NCBI RefSeq assembly: GCF_006345805.1
Contig: NC_043016.1
Coordinates: 7,564,001-7,628,000 of the forward strand
Direction: 5' to 3'
Source of the DNA: Octopus sinensis
Lineage: Eukaryota
Length of the DNA stretch: 64,000 bases
Shown here: in pieces, positions 12,746 through 28,245 of the stretch
Position numbering within the stretch: position 1 is the stretch's first letter
Layout of the letters: each line of letters starts with the position of its first letter
The notes under the pieces: generated by a model
What the model saw: the letters and a program-made list of their open reading frames with translations, nothing else
What the model was told of the DNA's origin: nothing
Databases searched by the model: none
Program-made: the position numbers and the translations under genes

Positions 12746-15658
12746 ATATGCTTCAAAAAAGTTCAAATATACTACCTCCAATAAAACTGTTAATAAGTTA
12801 TGACAATGAAGATGTGTGACCTAGAGGTTAGGATGTTGAGCTCTCAGTCATAAGGTCTTAGATTCAATTCTTGGACTAGCTACTGCATTGTGTTCTTGAG
12901 CAAGGTACTAGTTTTCACCTTGCTCTTATCTATTCAACTGAAAAAAGGACTAGTAGACTGGTGCTGGTTACTCTCTCTCTCTCTCCTACATTCTTAAGGT
13001 TCTTATTCCTTTATTGCCCACAAGGGGCTAAACACAGAGAAGACAAACGGATTGTCGATTACATCAACCCTAGTGCATAACTGGTACTTATTTAATTGAC
13101 CCCGAAAGGTTGAAAAGCTAAGTCAACCTTGGCAGAATTTGAACTCAGAACGTAAAGTCAGATGAAATACCACTAAGCATTTCACTCGGCATTCTAATGT
13201 TTCTGCCAGCTCGCTACCTTAAATACATTCTTAAGGTTCTGTTAGGTCAAAGAAGAAGGCTGAAAGTATGTATGCATGTGATGACATAAACATCTTTGTA
13301 AAAACATGGTACAAGGTATCACATCATAGTCTCTTGTGAGTGACTAAGTTTTTCCCAACTGCATTCCCGCATTATGAAATGCCAGCAGAAAAGTGTTATA
13401 AGTATACAACCAAAAACTGCCTTAAATAATGATAGAAACTATATTCTGGGGATTAACAATGCACAGAAACAGAGGGATCAAGGCTAATCTGTCACATATT
13501 GTTGTCAGAGGTTACCATGAAAGGAGGTACCTCCTAACTGAAGTATCACTTCTCATAGGCGACAGCATATGTCTCAAAGAACTGGAGAAATTATAATCGT
13601 CCTTTCTACTATTGACACAAGACCTGGAATTTTGTAGGAAGGGGAATAGTCAATTACATTAACCAGTTCTCAATTGGTAATTAATTTTGTCAGCCCTGAA
13701 AGAGTGAAAGGCAAAGTTGACTTCAGTGGAATTTGAACTCAGTGTGTAAAGATGAACAAAATGCTTAACAACATGTTGTCCAGCATGCTAACAATTCTGC
13801 CAGCTTACCTACTTAACAATAATAATAATCCTTTCTACAATGGGCACATGGCCACCTACTATGAAGTTTGGGGATGGGGTAATTTTTTAAAAGATGTCAG
13901 TACTTGACTAGTACTTTATAGATCCCAGAGTAAAATCACAAAAGTCCATTGATTGTATGAAACAAAAAGCAGTCAGTTTAACAGTACACCAGAATATTAC
14001 TGGTGCTTATTTAATTAAAATGAAAATTCTAAATGAAATTTTGTTCTTCAAACATCAATTTGACATCTCTTTGCTTCAAAATTTTTATTTTCCTCAATTT
14101 TTTGTACTTTAATTAGTTATAATTAATACATTTGTTTAATGATTTGAAGTAGCAGCAGTAGCAGTAGTGGTAGTAGTTGTTGTAATGGTGTATTTAGTTA
14201 ATTGTTATTGTGTGTTTTATAGTTTGTAACTTAGTTAATTAGTCACATAGTTGTAGAGTAATACAGTTCTTAATTAGACATATGATAGTGTGTGAATATA
14301 TGTGCATATATGCATTCATAGATATATGAATGTATACATCGAAATACTTATATGGATACACATAGACTCACACATAATTAGTTACATAATTAGCATTATT
14401 GTTATTTATAATCGTTAATTATTTAATAGTCTATATAAATAGTTAATTATATTTCAACAACGCTGTACTTTTTGTTGGTATTTTTGTTGTGCTGCTGCTA
14501 CCACCACCACTACTACTACTACTATTACTACTACTACTATCGTCATTGATCTTATTTCTTCTGGTTTGATTCAATATTGGTTTTGTTGTCTTCCATAATT
14601 TACTATTTGTTTTACATTCTCTTTTGTAGAGAAGATATTTATAGCAACTATTAAGTTGTTAAGTTCATTGTTCTGAAGATGAAAAAGAAAAGATAATAAT
14701 AATAATAATGATAACCTAAGATTAGTTCCAAATATATTGTAGAATTGCAAAAGATTTTAATTAGAATACTTAATTTGTTGTTGTGCTGATCAAGCAGATC
14801 TATGACCAAATATATTCCAACCAGGACCCTCACCTCATTTTGAAGTACCTAAGACTGCGTTCTCCCTTTCCTTTTCATAAGATGGTATGTGTGATATGAA
14901 AGCGATTCAACTGTAATTTATTTATTGTAGGTTGAACGACCATGTAGAGGCTTAAATCGTGGTTTACCACGTTGTGTTGCTGTTGTTATTTAGTCCCTGG
15001 GCAACCATTGTCAAACATGCAGTCCAACCATGACCATCTCAACTGGGTTTTTTTTTCTGTTTTTCAAATTATATATGTAGAATCACATTATCCAGTTACC
15101 TTTTTAAGTTAAGGGGGAGATTTAACTGCTTTTTCTAGCAGGTTAGACAACCATATAGAGGCATCTTTGTTAGCTGACTGTGGGTCTTGTGTTGCTGTTG
15201 TTTAGCCCTAGTCCAACTTAGAGGAGCTTGATCTATGATCAAAAGACATTCTGACCATGACCACCTATTTTAATTATCCGATATTTCATTTCATCAAAAG
15301 ACATTTTAGTTATGGCTATCACCTTTTATTAGGTATTTGTTTATTTTTACATCCACTTTTCCATGCTAGCATGGGTTGGACTATGGACTAGGGCGCCACC
15401 TCAATTTTCAGACAAGATGTTTGAGTTATGAAAGAGGAGAGAAAAAAATAGGTAAATGAATCACATCTGCCAATATACAATATTTTTTGGCATACATGTC
15501 AACATAGGTGTGGCTGTGTGGTAAGAAGCTTGCTTCACATCCACATGGTTCCCAGTTCAGTCCTACTGTGTAGCACCTTGAGTAAGTGTCTTCTACTATA
15601 GCCTCAGGTCAACCAAAGCCTTGAGTGGATTTGGTAGACCAAAACTGAAAAGAAGCCC

Positions 15659-15699
<41 letters not shown>

Positions 15700-16844
15700 C
15701 CCATGCCAGCATGGAAAGTGGACATTAAATGATGATATATACACACACACCAGTACTTGTCAACCAATGTTGGTGTGTTTACATTCCGTTCGTGGTTTGG
15801 CAACAGTGATCAATAAAATAAGTACCACGCTTAATTAAAAAAAGCTACTGGGGTCAATTCATTCAACTAAAAAAATGTTTCAATGCAGTGCCCCAGCATG
15901 GCCATAGTCTAATGATTGAAATGAGTTAAAGATAGGATAAAAGAGAGTATTTAATGTAAACATGTAGTGTTAACGTTTGAACATCATCACTATCTTCCCA
16001 GATCCTGTTGTGTTTCTCATAGAATTTTTGGTCCTCCAAAGTTATCTTGGCATTTAAGTCAACCTATCTGTTTTTGGCTCTAAATTTTGGTCTGAAAAGT
16101 TTGACTTATATGCTGGAAAATTTATTTGTTTTTAAAGATGTAGTATGAGGAAAGTTGGTTACTATTTTTGGTAGATTAAGAGGCACACAGGGACTCCTCC
16201 ATTGATATTTCATTGGCATGGAGGAAGAAGATGAGTTGCTGGGTGAGGAATAGAACTGTAAGTATATGTTACAGATCACTGTCCAAATATTGGAATTTTC
16301 CAGATGTATTTATCTAAGTCCAGAAATAGCAGCTGTCCAAAACCGTTTGGATTATTTAGTGAGATGTGGTCATAAAAATAAAGTTTATCAATGCATTTCT
16401 AAAATAAACTTCAGAAAGATTATGATGTTTAATCCAGATATTAAATTGTCTGGTTATAGATATGAAAAATATCCAATAACTGACTGAGCGAAGTATACAG
16501 TTAATTTAATGTTAGCACACTTAACGCTATGACCATCAAAAATTCTAATTAAAAATATTTGTATGGTGAAGAAAAGACAATATTTAGCCCAATGACTCAT
16601 TTTATTTTAATCACTTTCCAGCAAGGTTGGGTGGTAACTTCAGATATGGTTTCGCTTCATTAGTGTTGTTTTCTTGTTTTGACATTGATAGTGTCAATTG
16701 TTTACAACTATTACACATACATCATACATGTAGGGTCAGTCATTTCCAACATTCTGTGAAAACATGTCTGGTCATTGGGAAACATTGCCTTCCTTGTAAA
16801 AGTTGAGGAAGTGGAGGTTATATATATATATATATATATATATA

Positions 16845-17696
16845 TCATCATCATCATCATCGTTTAACGTCCGTTCTCCATGCTAGCATGGGTTGGACGG
16901 TTCGACCGGGGATCTGGGAAGCCAGGAGGCTGCACCAGGTTCCAGTCTTATCTGGCAGTGTTTCTACAGTTGGATGCCCTTCCTAACGCCAACCACTCCG
17001 TGAGTGTAGTGGGTGCTTTTTACGTGCCACCTGCACATGTGCCAGGCGAGGCTGGCAACGGCCACGGTCGGATTGGTGTATTTTAGTGCCACCGGCACGG
17101 AAGCCAGACGAGGCGGTGCTGGCATCGCCACGAGTCGGATAGTGCTTTTTACGTACCACCAGACCAGGGATCCTGGCTGGTTCAATCGATTTCGATTTCG
17201 CTTGCCCCAACATGTCTTCGCAAGCAAGGGAGTTGGCATGGGTGCCTGTCATACGGTCAGATTGGTGTATTTTACGTGCCACCGGCACGGAAGCCAGTGA
17301 AGGCGGCGCTGGCATCGGCCACGAGTCGGATAGTGCTTTTTACGTACCACCAGACCAGGGATCCTGGCTGGTGCAATTCGATTTCGATTTCGCTTGCCCC
17401 AACATGTCTTCACAAGCAAAGGGGGTTGGCATGGGTGCCTGTCGTCGGATGAGGTTCTATATTGACTTCGCTTGCCTCAACAGGTCTTTGTGTCCAAGGG
17501 AGGAAAGGCATTCATAAGTGGGCTGGGCTCACTTGTCCTGCCTGGTCTTCTCACGTACAGAATATTTCCAAAGGTCTCGGTTGCTGGTCATTTCCTCAGT
17601 GAGGCCTAAAGTTCGAAGGTCGTGCTTCACCACCTCGTCCCAGGTTTTCCTGGGTCTACCTCTTCCACGGGTTCCCTCAACTGCTAAGGATTGGCA
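16845..17696 (-). mobile_element. 5'-truncated RTE-like LINE: ORF2 C-terminus, repetitive 3' UTR and (GAT)n tail
   Basis: Peptide VEGTRGRGRPRKTWDEVVKHDLRTLGLTEEMTSNRDLW. The 3' UTR recurs at ~860-1350(+), 39900-40280(-), 44130-44345(+), 50215-50620(-), 58494-58986(+) and 63245-63490(+). Confidence 0.85.
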
Positions 17697-18011
17697 CATA
17701 TATATATATATATATATATATACACGTTCTGAGTTCAAATTCCGACGAGGTCGACTTTGCCTTTCATCCTTTCGGGGTCGATTAAATAAGTACCAGTTAC
17801 ACACTGGGGTCGATATAATCGACTTAATCCCTTTGTCTGTCCTTGTTTGTCCCCTCTGTGTTTAGCCCCTTGTGGGTAGTAAAGAAATATATATATATAT
17901 ATATATATATAAATTCAGTAAAATTTAGATTCAGTTGAATGTGGTACTTAAGTTAAAGGCACCAGAATTTAGTGTGGTATTATCCATATAATTCAAAATG
18001 GGGCTTGTTTT

Positions 18012-18051
<40 letters not shown>

Positions 18052-21000
18052 ATATAATCTCTGTACCTGTATTTATAAATCAGTGTTGATTATGTTGTGT
18101 TACTTCATTTACCACAAAATAGTAGTTCAACAAGTAGTGATCAATAAAATCAGTACATGCCAGGCTGAAATATGAATTGGGATCAATGTCATCAAGTGCA
18201 ATCTTTTGAAGGCAGTGCCATAGCATGGCCGTAGTCCAATTACTGAAACTATTCAAAGAATGTTCCATTTGAAGGTTCTAACTATTAATTGGAAGAGGTG
18301 GTTCTTGTGTATTTGCTATTTATTTTTTTTATTTTAATTTTTAATTTTAATTTTTTTCCTTACAATTTGGATATTTTGCCAGTATGCAAAGTAGAGAACA
18401 ATTGATTAAATATAAAACGCAGTAAAAGAGTTTAGCTGATATAGAATGATGTGATGTGTTTTGTGCAAAAGTGAAAGAAATCAATAGTGCATAAGATTTA
18501 ATTTGATATATTGCGAAAAGTCTGATATGTAATTTCCTATTTTGAAATAGCAACTCTGCATTAACTAACACCAGGTTATACTTTCACAAGTCTTAGATTC
18601 CTTATTGTTCCAGTTATATACCTGTTAAAATTCCATATATCATCATCATCATTTAATGTCTGTTGCCCATACTGGCATGGGTTGGACTGTTTAACCAAAG
18701 CTGGGGAACTGCAGCAGACTCCAGTCTGATTTGGCATGGTTCTTATGGAAGGATGCTCTTCCTAATACCAACCATTTTACAGAGTATTTTTTATGTGGCA
18801 CAGCATGGGCACTTTTACATGGCACTGCACTGGCACCACACACACATATATTTTGAATTAAAAAACAGCTCTAGTTATGCAGATATTATCAGTTGCACAT
18901 ACATACTCTTTTACTCTTTACTCTTTTACTTGTTTCAGTCATTTGACTGCGGCCTTGCTGGAGCACCACCTTTAGTCGAGCAAATCACCCCCAGGACTTA
19001 TTCTTTGTAAGCCTAGTACTTATTCTATTGGTCTCTTTTGCAGAACTGCTAAGTTACGGGGGCGTAGACACACCAGCATCAGTTGTCAAGCAATGTTGGG
19101 GGGACAAACACAGACACACAAATATATACACACACGTACATATATACATATATATGACGGGCTTCTTTCAGTTTCCATCTACCAAATCCACTCATATGGC
19201 TTTTGTCGGCCGGAGGCTATAGTAGAAGACACTTGCCCATGGTGCCACGCAGTGGGACTGAACCCAGAACCATGTGGTTCGTAAGCAAGGTACTTACCAC
19301 ACAGCCACTCCTGTGCCTATAGTGTATGTATTTTGTTGAAACGGGGTAGCATCTAGAGGAAAGGTCCTTTACATGACACTGAATATTACAGAATGCTAAG
19401 TGTCCCAGAGCAGGCAAGACAACTTGTGCCAAAGTGATTGAGAATGATAGATACCGATATTTCACCCTTAATGTGGTTTATCAATACAATGTACTTGGAA
19501 AGGCATACGCCATGCATGAGTGACCGATCACTTACCTAATGCTTTGTCCAGAAGCATACATATATGAGTTCTATTCTAGATTATTAGTGTCACAATGTCT
19601 AAGTGAAATGTGTGTGTGTGTATAGAATGGGTATATGGTAATTTGTCTCAATGAATTATAAAGAAATTATGTAGAATCTGAAGAAATTAATTGTGGTCTA
19701 AACTGAATATTGTTTCTAATTCAGACACTCAGCCAGCAGTTTTTAATGGGAAATGGTTAGTTAATTGCATCAACTGCAATTTTTGACTGCCTTTCCTCCC
19801 AAGGGGATTAATAAAATATAATAGCAAAGTTGACCTTGGCAAAATTTGAACTTGGAGTATAAAGTGCCAGATCAAATAATGCAGGTCTAATGTTTTGGGA
19901 CAGAACATTTCATTTTTTTGGAAATATAAAATGCCAACTGATGCTGAAAGATATATAACCCCAATCTATTTATCCTGCAACACCAATTGGCATTTCATTC
20001 CTCTAACTCTCACTCTATCTCACTATTTCTGACAAAAGGTTCTTTCTGAAATGTTATATTTTTCATCCTCCTTTGGCATAACATTTATTCAATTGTTACA
20101 AAGAATTGGCTTATTTATTTATTCATTTAATTTTTGAGAACAAATGTCTGTTTATGACACTGGATAGCCAAGAGTTCATATACTCTCATCATTGCTGTCT
20201 GTATCACTGGCTAGTCCCCAGGTCAATTATGACCACTCTGTCTTTTATTTGCATACAACGTAAGGGCATCCAACTGCAGAGATTAAGCCAAAATTGAAAA
20301 TCTATGAGTGCAATGTGGTTTTCCAACCCATTCAGAAGCATAGCACTAACCATAATTGTCATCATTGTTTAACATCCATTTTCCATACTGGTGTGGGATG
20401 GATGGTTTGGTAAGATCTAATTAACCAGAGGACTGTGCTGAGCATCACTATCTACCTCAGCATGGTTTCTGCTGCAGGGTGCCCTTGTTAATGCCAACCA
20501 CTTTATTGAATGTATTGGGTGCTTTTTCTTTTCTTTTCCTTTTTTTTTTTGTGGCACTGATATATAGGATTCTTCATCATCATCATCGTTTAACTTCCGC
20601 TTTCCATGCTAGCATGGGTTGGACGATTTTGACTGAGGGCTGGCGAACCAGATGGCTGCACCGGGCTCCAATCTTGATTTGGCACAGTTTCTTCTGCTGG
20701 ATGCCCTTCCTAATGCCAACCACTCCGAGAGTTTAGTGGGTGCTTTTTAAGTGCCACTGGCATGGGGGGGCAGTCAGGTGGTACTGGCAACGACCTCACT
20801 CGAATCTTTTTACACTTGCCACTAGCACAGGTGCCATACCCAATGTATTCCGCCTCCTACTTACATTTGTTTATGACTTGGAATTGGTGAAAGGACAGGG
20901 TTTATAACCATGATTGGCGGTTTCAAGATTAGCAAGAGGGAAGGTCACGACATGATTGAAATGCATGTACATAGTAAACACTGTTAAAGATATCTAATGT

Positions 21001-21895
21001 GATGTTAAACTGGATGATTAGATTAAGTCTAACTACTAGGATAATATATCTACTGCCGACTTCCACAGTTTCCATTTCATCGTGTGACATCTTGAGCAAG
21101 TGGTGTCTTAACTTTAAGTCAACTAATGGAATCAAACCCAAAATTACACAGATGCAACATTATATTTCTCCACTGCACAACCTGCAATTTTTCTTTAAAA
21201 AGATCTATTTCTGTTTTTTTAAAAGCTGCTATTTCTAGCAGATTAAGGGATTTTGTAAATGCTTCCTCAATGGTTATAAATTGCTATAATGCAATGGCAG
21301 CAGTATGTTGAAATTGACTTGCTACTTGTTAACTTGTTCAAGTCCATCCTCTGCCCCATCAGAGTAAAGTATCTGTGATAGGTTTTTGATCTATCCTAGA
21401 GGAGATCTTATCCCTTATTCCCTAAATGTGCTTATTTGTAAAACTGTAGATTCTATGGTTGAAGTTGTCTCAGCTTATTTCTGATGAATATTCTTTTCTG
21501 CTCTAGGCACAAGGCCTGGGATTTTTGGGGAGGGGTCCAGTCATTTAGATCTACCCCAGTGTGCAAATGGTATTTAATTTATCAACCCCTAAAGGATGAA
21601 AGGCAAAGTGAACCTCAGCAGAATTTGAACTCAGAATGTTGTTTTTTTGTATTTAAATAATTTCTTTGTTAGAGAATAGAAATGGACTTTAATATTTGAT
21701 ATCAAAGTATAATGACTGATTTTTCAGTTAAGAAAAAATAGTAGCTTTTTAATATAAATATATTTTAACATATTTTACTGACCAAATAAATTCGTTCCCA
21801 TGTTTGTTGTTACTGCACTAATACTATAAAATAAGGTTTGTTGTTAAAGCAAAACATTGGATCTTTAACACTGAAACTGTTCATTTTATATCCAG

Positions 21896-21935
21896 TGACT
21901 ATTGCTGTAGCTATCAGTGATATTGACCTGTGTTT
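21896..21935 (+). CDS. Candidate 40-nt exon (xTIAVAISDIDLCx, phase 1 to 2)
   Basis: Acceptor gttcattttatatccag, donor TTT|gtaagt; only one frame is open. Confidence 0.3.
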
Positions 21936-22231
21936 GTAAGTGTCTTGCTACTAGTCTCCACTGTTCTTCATTGAAATCTAAGATTCTGAGTGTTTGCTTT
22001 AATTGGCGCTACCTCTGTGACTCTTTTACTTGTTTCAGTCATTTGTCTGCGGCCATGCTGGAGCACCGCCTTTAATCGGGCAAATCGACCCCGGGACTTA
22101 TTCTTTTGTAAGCCCAGTACTTATTCTATCGGTCTCTTTTGCCGAACCGCTAAGTAACGGGAACATAAACACACCAGCATCGGTTGTCAAGCAATTCTAG
22201 GGGGACAAACACAGACACATAAACACACACA

Positions 22232-22281
<50 letters not shown>

Positions 22282-24009
22282 TATATACGACGGGCTTCTT
22301 TCAGTTTCCGTCTACCAAATCCACTCACAAGGCTTTGGTCGGCCCAAGGCTATAGTAGAAGACACTTGCCCAAGGTGCCACGCAGTGGGACTGAACCCGG
22401 AACCATGCGGTTGGTAAACAAGCTCCTTACCACACAGCCACTCCTGCGACTGTTGACATTTAATGGCCACCCCTACCACCACAGAATTTACTATCAAAAC
22501 GTGCGTATTCATGCAGCTGGAGGTTGTCTGCAGAAACCAAATTTCCAACAAAACTACAATAGGAACCCACGCATTGCTTCAGAAACCGATTAATGTTAAG
22601 GAATTGCATAAGTTTATTCCCGTGATCAATTTTGTTGCGTCAAATAAACTAGGGAATTGTCTATAAAAACAATAACAACAACAATAATGATAATATGAAT
22701 CTAAATTCTATTTATCCTAATGTCATATCCTATAGTTAACTCTTTTACATTACTGTCACCATGGTTACACATTTGAAGAAAATGTATTCATTGGCTGTCT
22801 AAAGTCTCTGGAATTGAACGTGTCATTGTTGTTGGCATTGATTCCACTGTCATCATTACCATTTGGTCATCTTCATTGTTACTACCAATAATTTCTTTTA
22901 CTCCACTCTTTTACTTGTTTCAGTCATTTGACTACAGCCATGCTGGAGCACTGCCTTTAGTCAAGCAAATCGACACCAGGACTTTGTAAGCTTAGTACTT
23001 ATTCTATCAGCCTCTTTTGCTGAACCGCTAAGTTACAGGGAGGTAAACACACCACCATTGGTTGTCAAGCGTTGTTGGGGTGACAAACTCAGACACAAAC
23101 ATACACACACACACACACATACATATACATATATACGACGGGCTTCTTTCAGTTTCTGTCTACCAAATCCACTCACAAGGTTGTCCCGAGGTTATAGTAG
23201 AAGACACTTGCCCAGGGTGCCACACAGTGAGACTGAACACTGAACCATGTGGTTGGTAAGCAAGGTACTTACCACACAGCCACTCCTGTGCCTTTATTGT
23301 AATCTTTTTTTTTATATATTTCAAGGGGAAATTAGAACTTTTGTGTGTTCATGCCTTTCCCAATTCAGGATCATTTACATTTTTTAACCGTTGTCAGCTG
23401 CTGACACTGGAAACTGAACAGTTTCGGGGTTTTTACCTAGCCCCCTCCCCACTCACCTCTGCTACTTCCAGTAGAATTACCTTAACCCTCTCTATGCAAA
23501 ACAATACCACCACCATCCTAATCATCATAACCACCATCACTGCCACCCCCCTCCCCATTCCCCATTAGCATCAGCAGCCATATTACAAGCAGCATAATCA
23601 TCATCTACATCATAACTAGCTTAGTCTTCTTCATCATGTGAACAATATCATCACAACTACAAATTGTCGTCATGATTTGTCATCTCTAATCATCGTTACC
23701 ACTGAAACCATCATCACAACCACCATGATCATCACCGTCATATGAACATCATTGTCAATATATTTGTCACCATTAAGAAGGCGACTAACTGTCAGAATCA
23801 TTAGCATGCCAGGCAAAATGCTTAGCAGCATTTCGTCTGTCTTTATGTTCTGAGTTCAAATTCTGCCAAGGTTGACTTTGCCTTTCATCCTTTCGGGGGT
23901 TGATGAAATAAGCACACATAATGTACTGATGTTGATATAATCAGTTATCCCACTCACTCAAAATTTCAGGCTTTCTGTCTATATTACAAAGGATGATTAT
24001 TATTATTAT

Positions 24010-24580
24010 TATTGAGTGAGAGAGCAGTGGATGCCATCAAAGTGACACTGGGGTACAAATATATGAAGCCCAGTATACCCATCATGACTACCCATCTGAT
24101 AAGGGTACACCAGGCACATGCACCACAACCGTATGTGCATGACATGGTGATCTTATAATCAAGATAAACAGCACATGATCTTGCAGGTGGGGCCCAGTTA
24201 GAATTTTCTTTGGTTTGAGGAGCCCATCCCACTCAAAAGGTCCTTGAATAAGGGTTGTTTAAGGATGTTAAACAAAACACCCATGTTTCCGAAGGTGAAT
24301 TATCCAAACCCCAAAGAATTCCTCCCAACACATGGCTATGATGCTCCCCTACTACTTCTGCTCGTGATCAGAGATGCACATATCGTCAGCCACTAAGGGA
24401 CATGCTCAACTGGTTACGGTCAAACAACTGACAAGCAAATCTGTGGTATTGAGCAGAATATTTGCTGTAGCCCATCTTTTATACCAAGACAAAACAATGT
24501 ACATGATAACACATCCAATCAGTTAAGATCAGAAGCCATGAGAGCCACTACCTGGTACTACACTAGGGCATTATTATTAT
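24010..24580. mobile_element. ~570-bp GC-richer interspersed insertion flanked by (TAT)n
   Basis: Abrupt composition shift bounded by attattatt tracts; class not determined. Confidence 0.45.
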
Positions 24581-27500
24581 TATTATTTAAGACAGTGTGC
24601 CATCAGAATCATTAGCATGCCAGGCAAAATGCTTAGCAGTATTTCATCTGTCTTTATGTTCTGAGTTCAAATCCTGCTGAGGTTGACATTACCTTTCATC
24701 CTTTCGGGGGTTGATGAAATAAGCACACATAATGTACTGAAGTTGATATAATCAGTTATCCCACTCCCTTAAAATTTTAGGCCTTCTGCCTATATTACAA
24801 AGGGTTATTATTATTATCATTATTATTAAGGTGACAGTCTGGCAGAGTTGTTAGCACACCGGGCAAAATGCTAAGTGGCATGTCATCCATCTGCATGATA
24901 TGAGCTCAAATTCCACTGAGGTCAGAATCGTTTTGAGATCATGTAATTGATTTACCCACTCTCCTTGAATTGCTGGCCTTGTGCCAAAATTTGAAACCGT
25001 GATTATTGTTATTAAGACAGCAACCTGACAGAACGATTAGCACACCAGACAAAATGGTTAGCAGCATTTTGTTCGTATTTACATTCTAGGTTCAAATTCC
25101 AGAGAGGTCGACTCCGCCTTTTGTCCTTTCATGATCAATAAAATATGTACCATTTGAGCACTGGGATGAATGTAATTGACTTAACCCCTCCCCTGAACTT
25201 GTTGGCCTTGTGCCTAAATTTGAAACCATTATATTCATTATATTTGTCATAATTAATACTATATCAACACCTCAGCATTAATCAACATCATCATCACGTT
25301 ATCAAAAGATCAATACTGCTATGATGTAACATTGAATAAATATGTATCTGTTTCTGATAAATATCCGGGTGACAGTGAACATATAATCATGTGACTACAT
25401 TTCCTTCATATTGTATTTCCTGGCACACAAGTCAACACAGTATTCAGTGTAAACATTTAGTGCAAAAACTCAAGCATCATCACTGTCTTTCCAAATTCTG
25501 CTGCATTTCACTTGGGATTTTTGTCATCCAAAGTAGTCTTGGTATAAAAGTCAATCTATCTTTTCTGATTGAAAATTTAAGTCTGAAAAATTTGACTTGT
25601 TATATCAGAAAATACACGTGTTTTTGTTCTTGTTGTTGCTATGACTGCTCTGTCGTTACATTCTGAGTTCAAATTCTGCCGAGGTCGACTTTGCCTTTCA
25701 TCCTTTCGGGGTCGATAAAGTACCAGTTTCACACTGTGGTTGATGTAATCGACTTAATCCCTTTGTCTGTCCTTGTTTGTCCCCTCTATGTTTAGCCCCT
25801 TGTCAGTTGTAAAGAAATATATAGTCATTGAACTTTGTATTAGCAGACTGGTTCTCAAAGCCTTTCCAATTGTGACCATCCAATACTTATTTTTTTAACA
25901 GGTATGCAGGATTACATTATCTAAAGTTATGTGTGATGGTATAGGGTGTGTATTCAAGACCACCTTCGTCATTTATCATCTTCCTTCCATGCTGGCATGG
26001 GTTGGATGGTCTGACAGGAGCTGGCCAGGCAGAAGATTGCACCAAATTTCTGTCAGTTCTGGCAATGTTTTTTGAAGCTGGATGCCCTTCCTAACATCAA
26101 CCACCCAGCAGAGTGGACACAATTGTAAGCATCAAGTCACAACTAATATACTTAGTGTAGTGAGCCTAGTAAATTAAGATTATACCCCTAGTGAGGGAAA
26201 CTCATCAGCATAGTAATTAATTCTGGTCAAGTATAGCAGGGGAGATAACACAATATGCCCATTATCTAACTGTATCTTTTCCTTGCAGTTGCATTGTTTG
26301 GAGGAAGTTTTGGCTGCTATTTCTAGCTAGGTGAACAACTCTGTAGAGCTTCTCTGTATTGTCGTTGTTGATGTTGTTCCTGTTACAATTTGTCAGTGTT
26401 TGTAAGTTAAATGAACAGTGTACTGCTTGTGTCAAACATGTTTTGCTTTTTTCATCATAATCGTTATCATCATCATCATCAGAACCATTGTGCTTTGTAA
26501 CCTTTTGCAAATAAAGACAACTCCTAACCCTATCCAATCCCCACCCTGTTAACAAAGAGCCGGTTCTTCTGGACCAAAAGAAAGACAGAAAGAAAATAAA
26601 CATGCTTGGCTTATTATTTATGTCATCAGGCTACATAGCTTATATTGAGATAAGGTCACTTAATTCAAACCTACTACAGGTATCTCATTGTGTGATAGTA
26701 CAGTACATCTAATACTTAATTGTTTGTACTTCAGTTGAAGTTATATGTATTAATCCACTCTAAGTATGGTTTCAAGGCCACATGCAACTTTTGAGGCCAT
26801 CTGGTATGACCTTCTGGAAGTTCTGGATTTTATAAAAATCATACATAAAAGATTCTTTTATTCTTTTACTTGTGTCAGTCATTTGACTGCAGCCATGCTG
26901 GAGCACTGCCTTTAGTCAAGCAAATCAACCCTTGGACTTATTCTTTGTAAGCCTAGTACTTATTCTATCGGTCTCGTTAGCCGAACCGCTAAGTTACGGG
27001 GACGTAAACACACCAGCATCGGTTGTCAAGCAATGTTGGGGGGACAAAAACAGACACACAAACATACATTTATATGACAGGCTTCTTTCAGTTTCCGTCT
27101 ACCAAATCCACTCACAAGGCTTTGGTCAGCCCGAGGCTATAGAAGAAGACACTCGCCCAATGTGCCACGCAGTGGGACTGAACCCGGAACCGTGTGGTTT
27201 GTAAGCAAGCTACTTACCACACAGCCACTCCTACATATTTTAACTATTGTTTCTTATGTTTTCTTTGTTTCAGTCTTTAGACTATGGCCATGCTGGGGCA
27301 CTGCATTGAAGCACTTTTTTATTAAATGAATCAATCTCAGTGGTTATTTTTTGTTAAGCCTGGAGCTTATTCATTCAGTCTCTTTTTGCCGAATTGCTAA
27401 GCCATGGTGATATAAACACACAAACACTGGTTGTCAAGCAGTGGTGAACACACATTCACACACACATATATGACAAGCTTCTTTCAGTTTCCATCTACTT

Positions 27501-28245
27501 ACTAAAGGTGTCACACAATGGGTCTGAACTTGAAATCATGTGGTTGGGAAGAAAGCTTCTCAACCATATGGCCATACCTTTTTATATGTCACAAATAAAT
27601 TATTAGAGTATAGGATCGAACACCCTGTGATATTTGTTCTGGCTTGTATGATCTGAGCTCAAATCCTACCAAGCACAACTTAGCCTTTCATATCCTTTCA
27701 GAGTTGATGAGATAAAGTACCGTTTCAAAATTTGGAGTTGAAAGAATTTTTAGTATCAGGTGAGATGCCTTGCAATATATTTCAGGGTAACTTCCATCCT
27801 TCCTCCCACCCGTTTGGAATGTTATGTAAAAAATACGGGACAATGGGCACTGCCTTTCCTTTTCTAGCAATAAAAAAAAGCACCACCACTTGGTTATTTG
27901 GTTATTGGGAGCTTTTAGCAGAATTTACTGTTACATGCATTCAGGTAATATCTCTGGCTTCAGGATAGCTTTCTCCCTTCCTCAGAAGCCCTAGAAAGTT
28001 ACAGACCAATAGGCATATTACCCTTCTTTTCCTTTCTAAGTCATAAAAGCAATTTCAAATCTTGTCTCCCGTGGAGAAACTTTTTATACTTTTCCAATTG
28101 AAAATTCATGTTTGTACTTATCTATTGGGTCACATGACTTATTTAATTATAGGGTCATATACTTATGGAGGCAAATATGGGGGCAATTGTAAATAAATAG
28201 TCCTTCCTATAAAGATGGTCCTATAACTCATAAAACTTCTTTTTA

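Noticed and set aside
26262-26603. Minus ORF with a DDDDD stretch
   Set aside because: Driven by a (CAT)n microsatellite and a repeat fragment; no convincing donor.
27985-28060. + exon-like EALESYRPIGILPFFS
   Set aside because: Resembles the LINE RT YRPISLL motif and has no good donor; too short to call either way.
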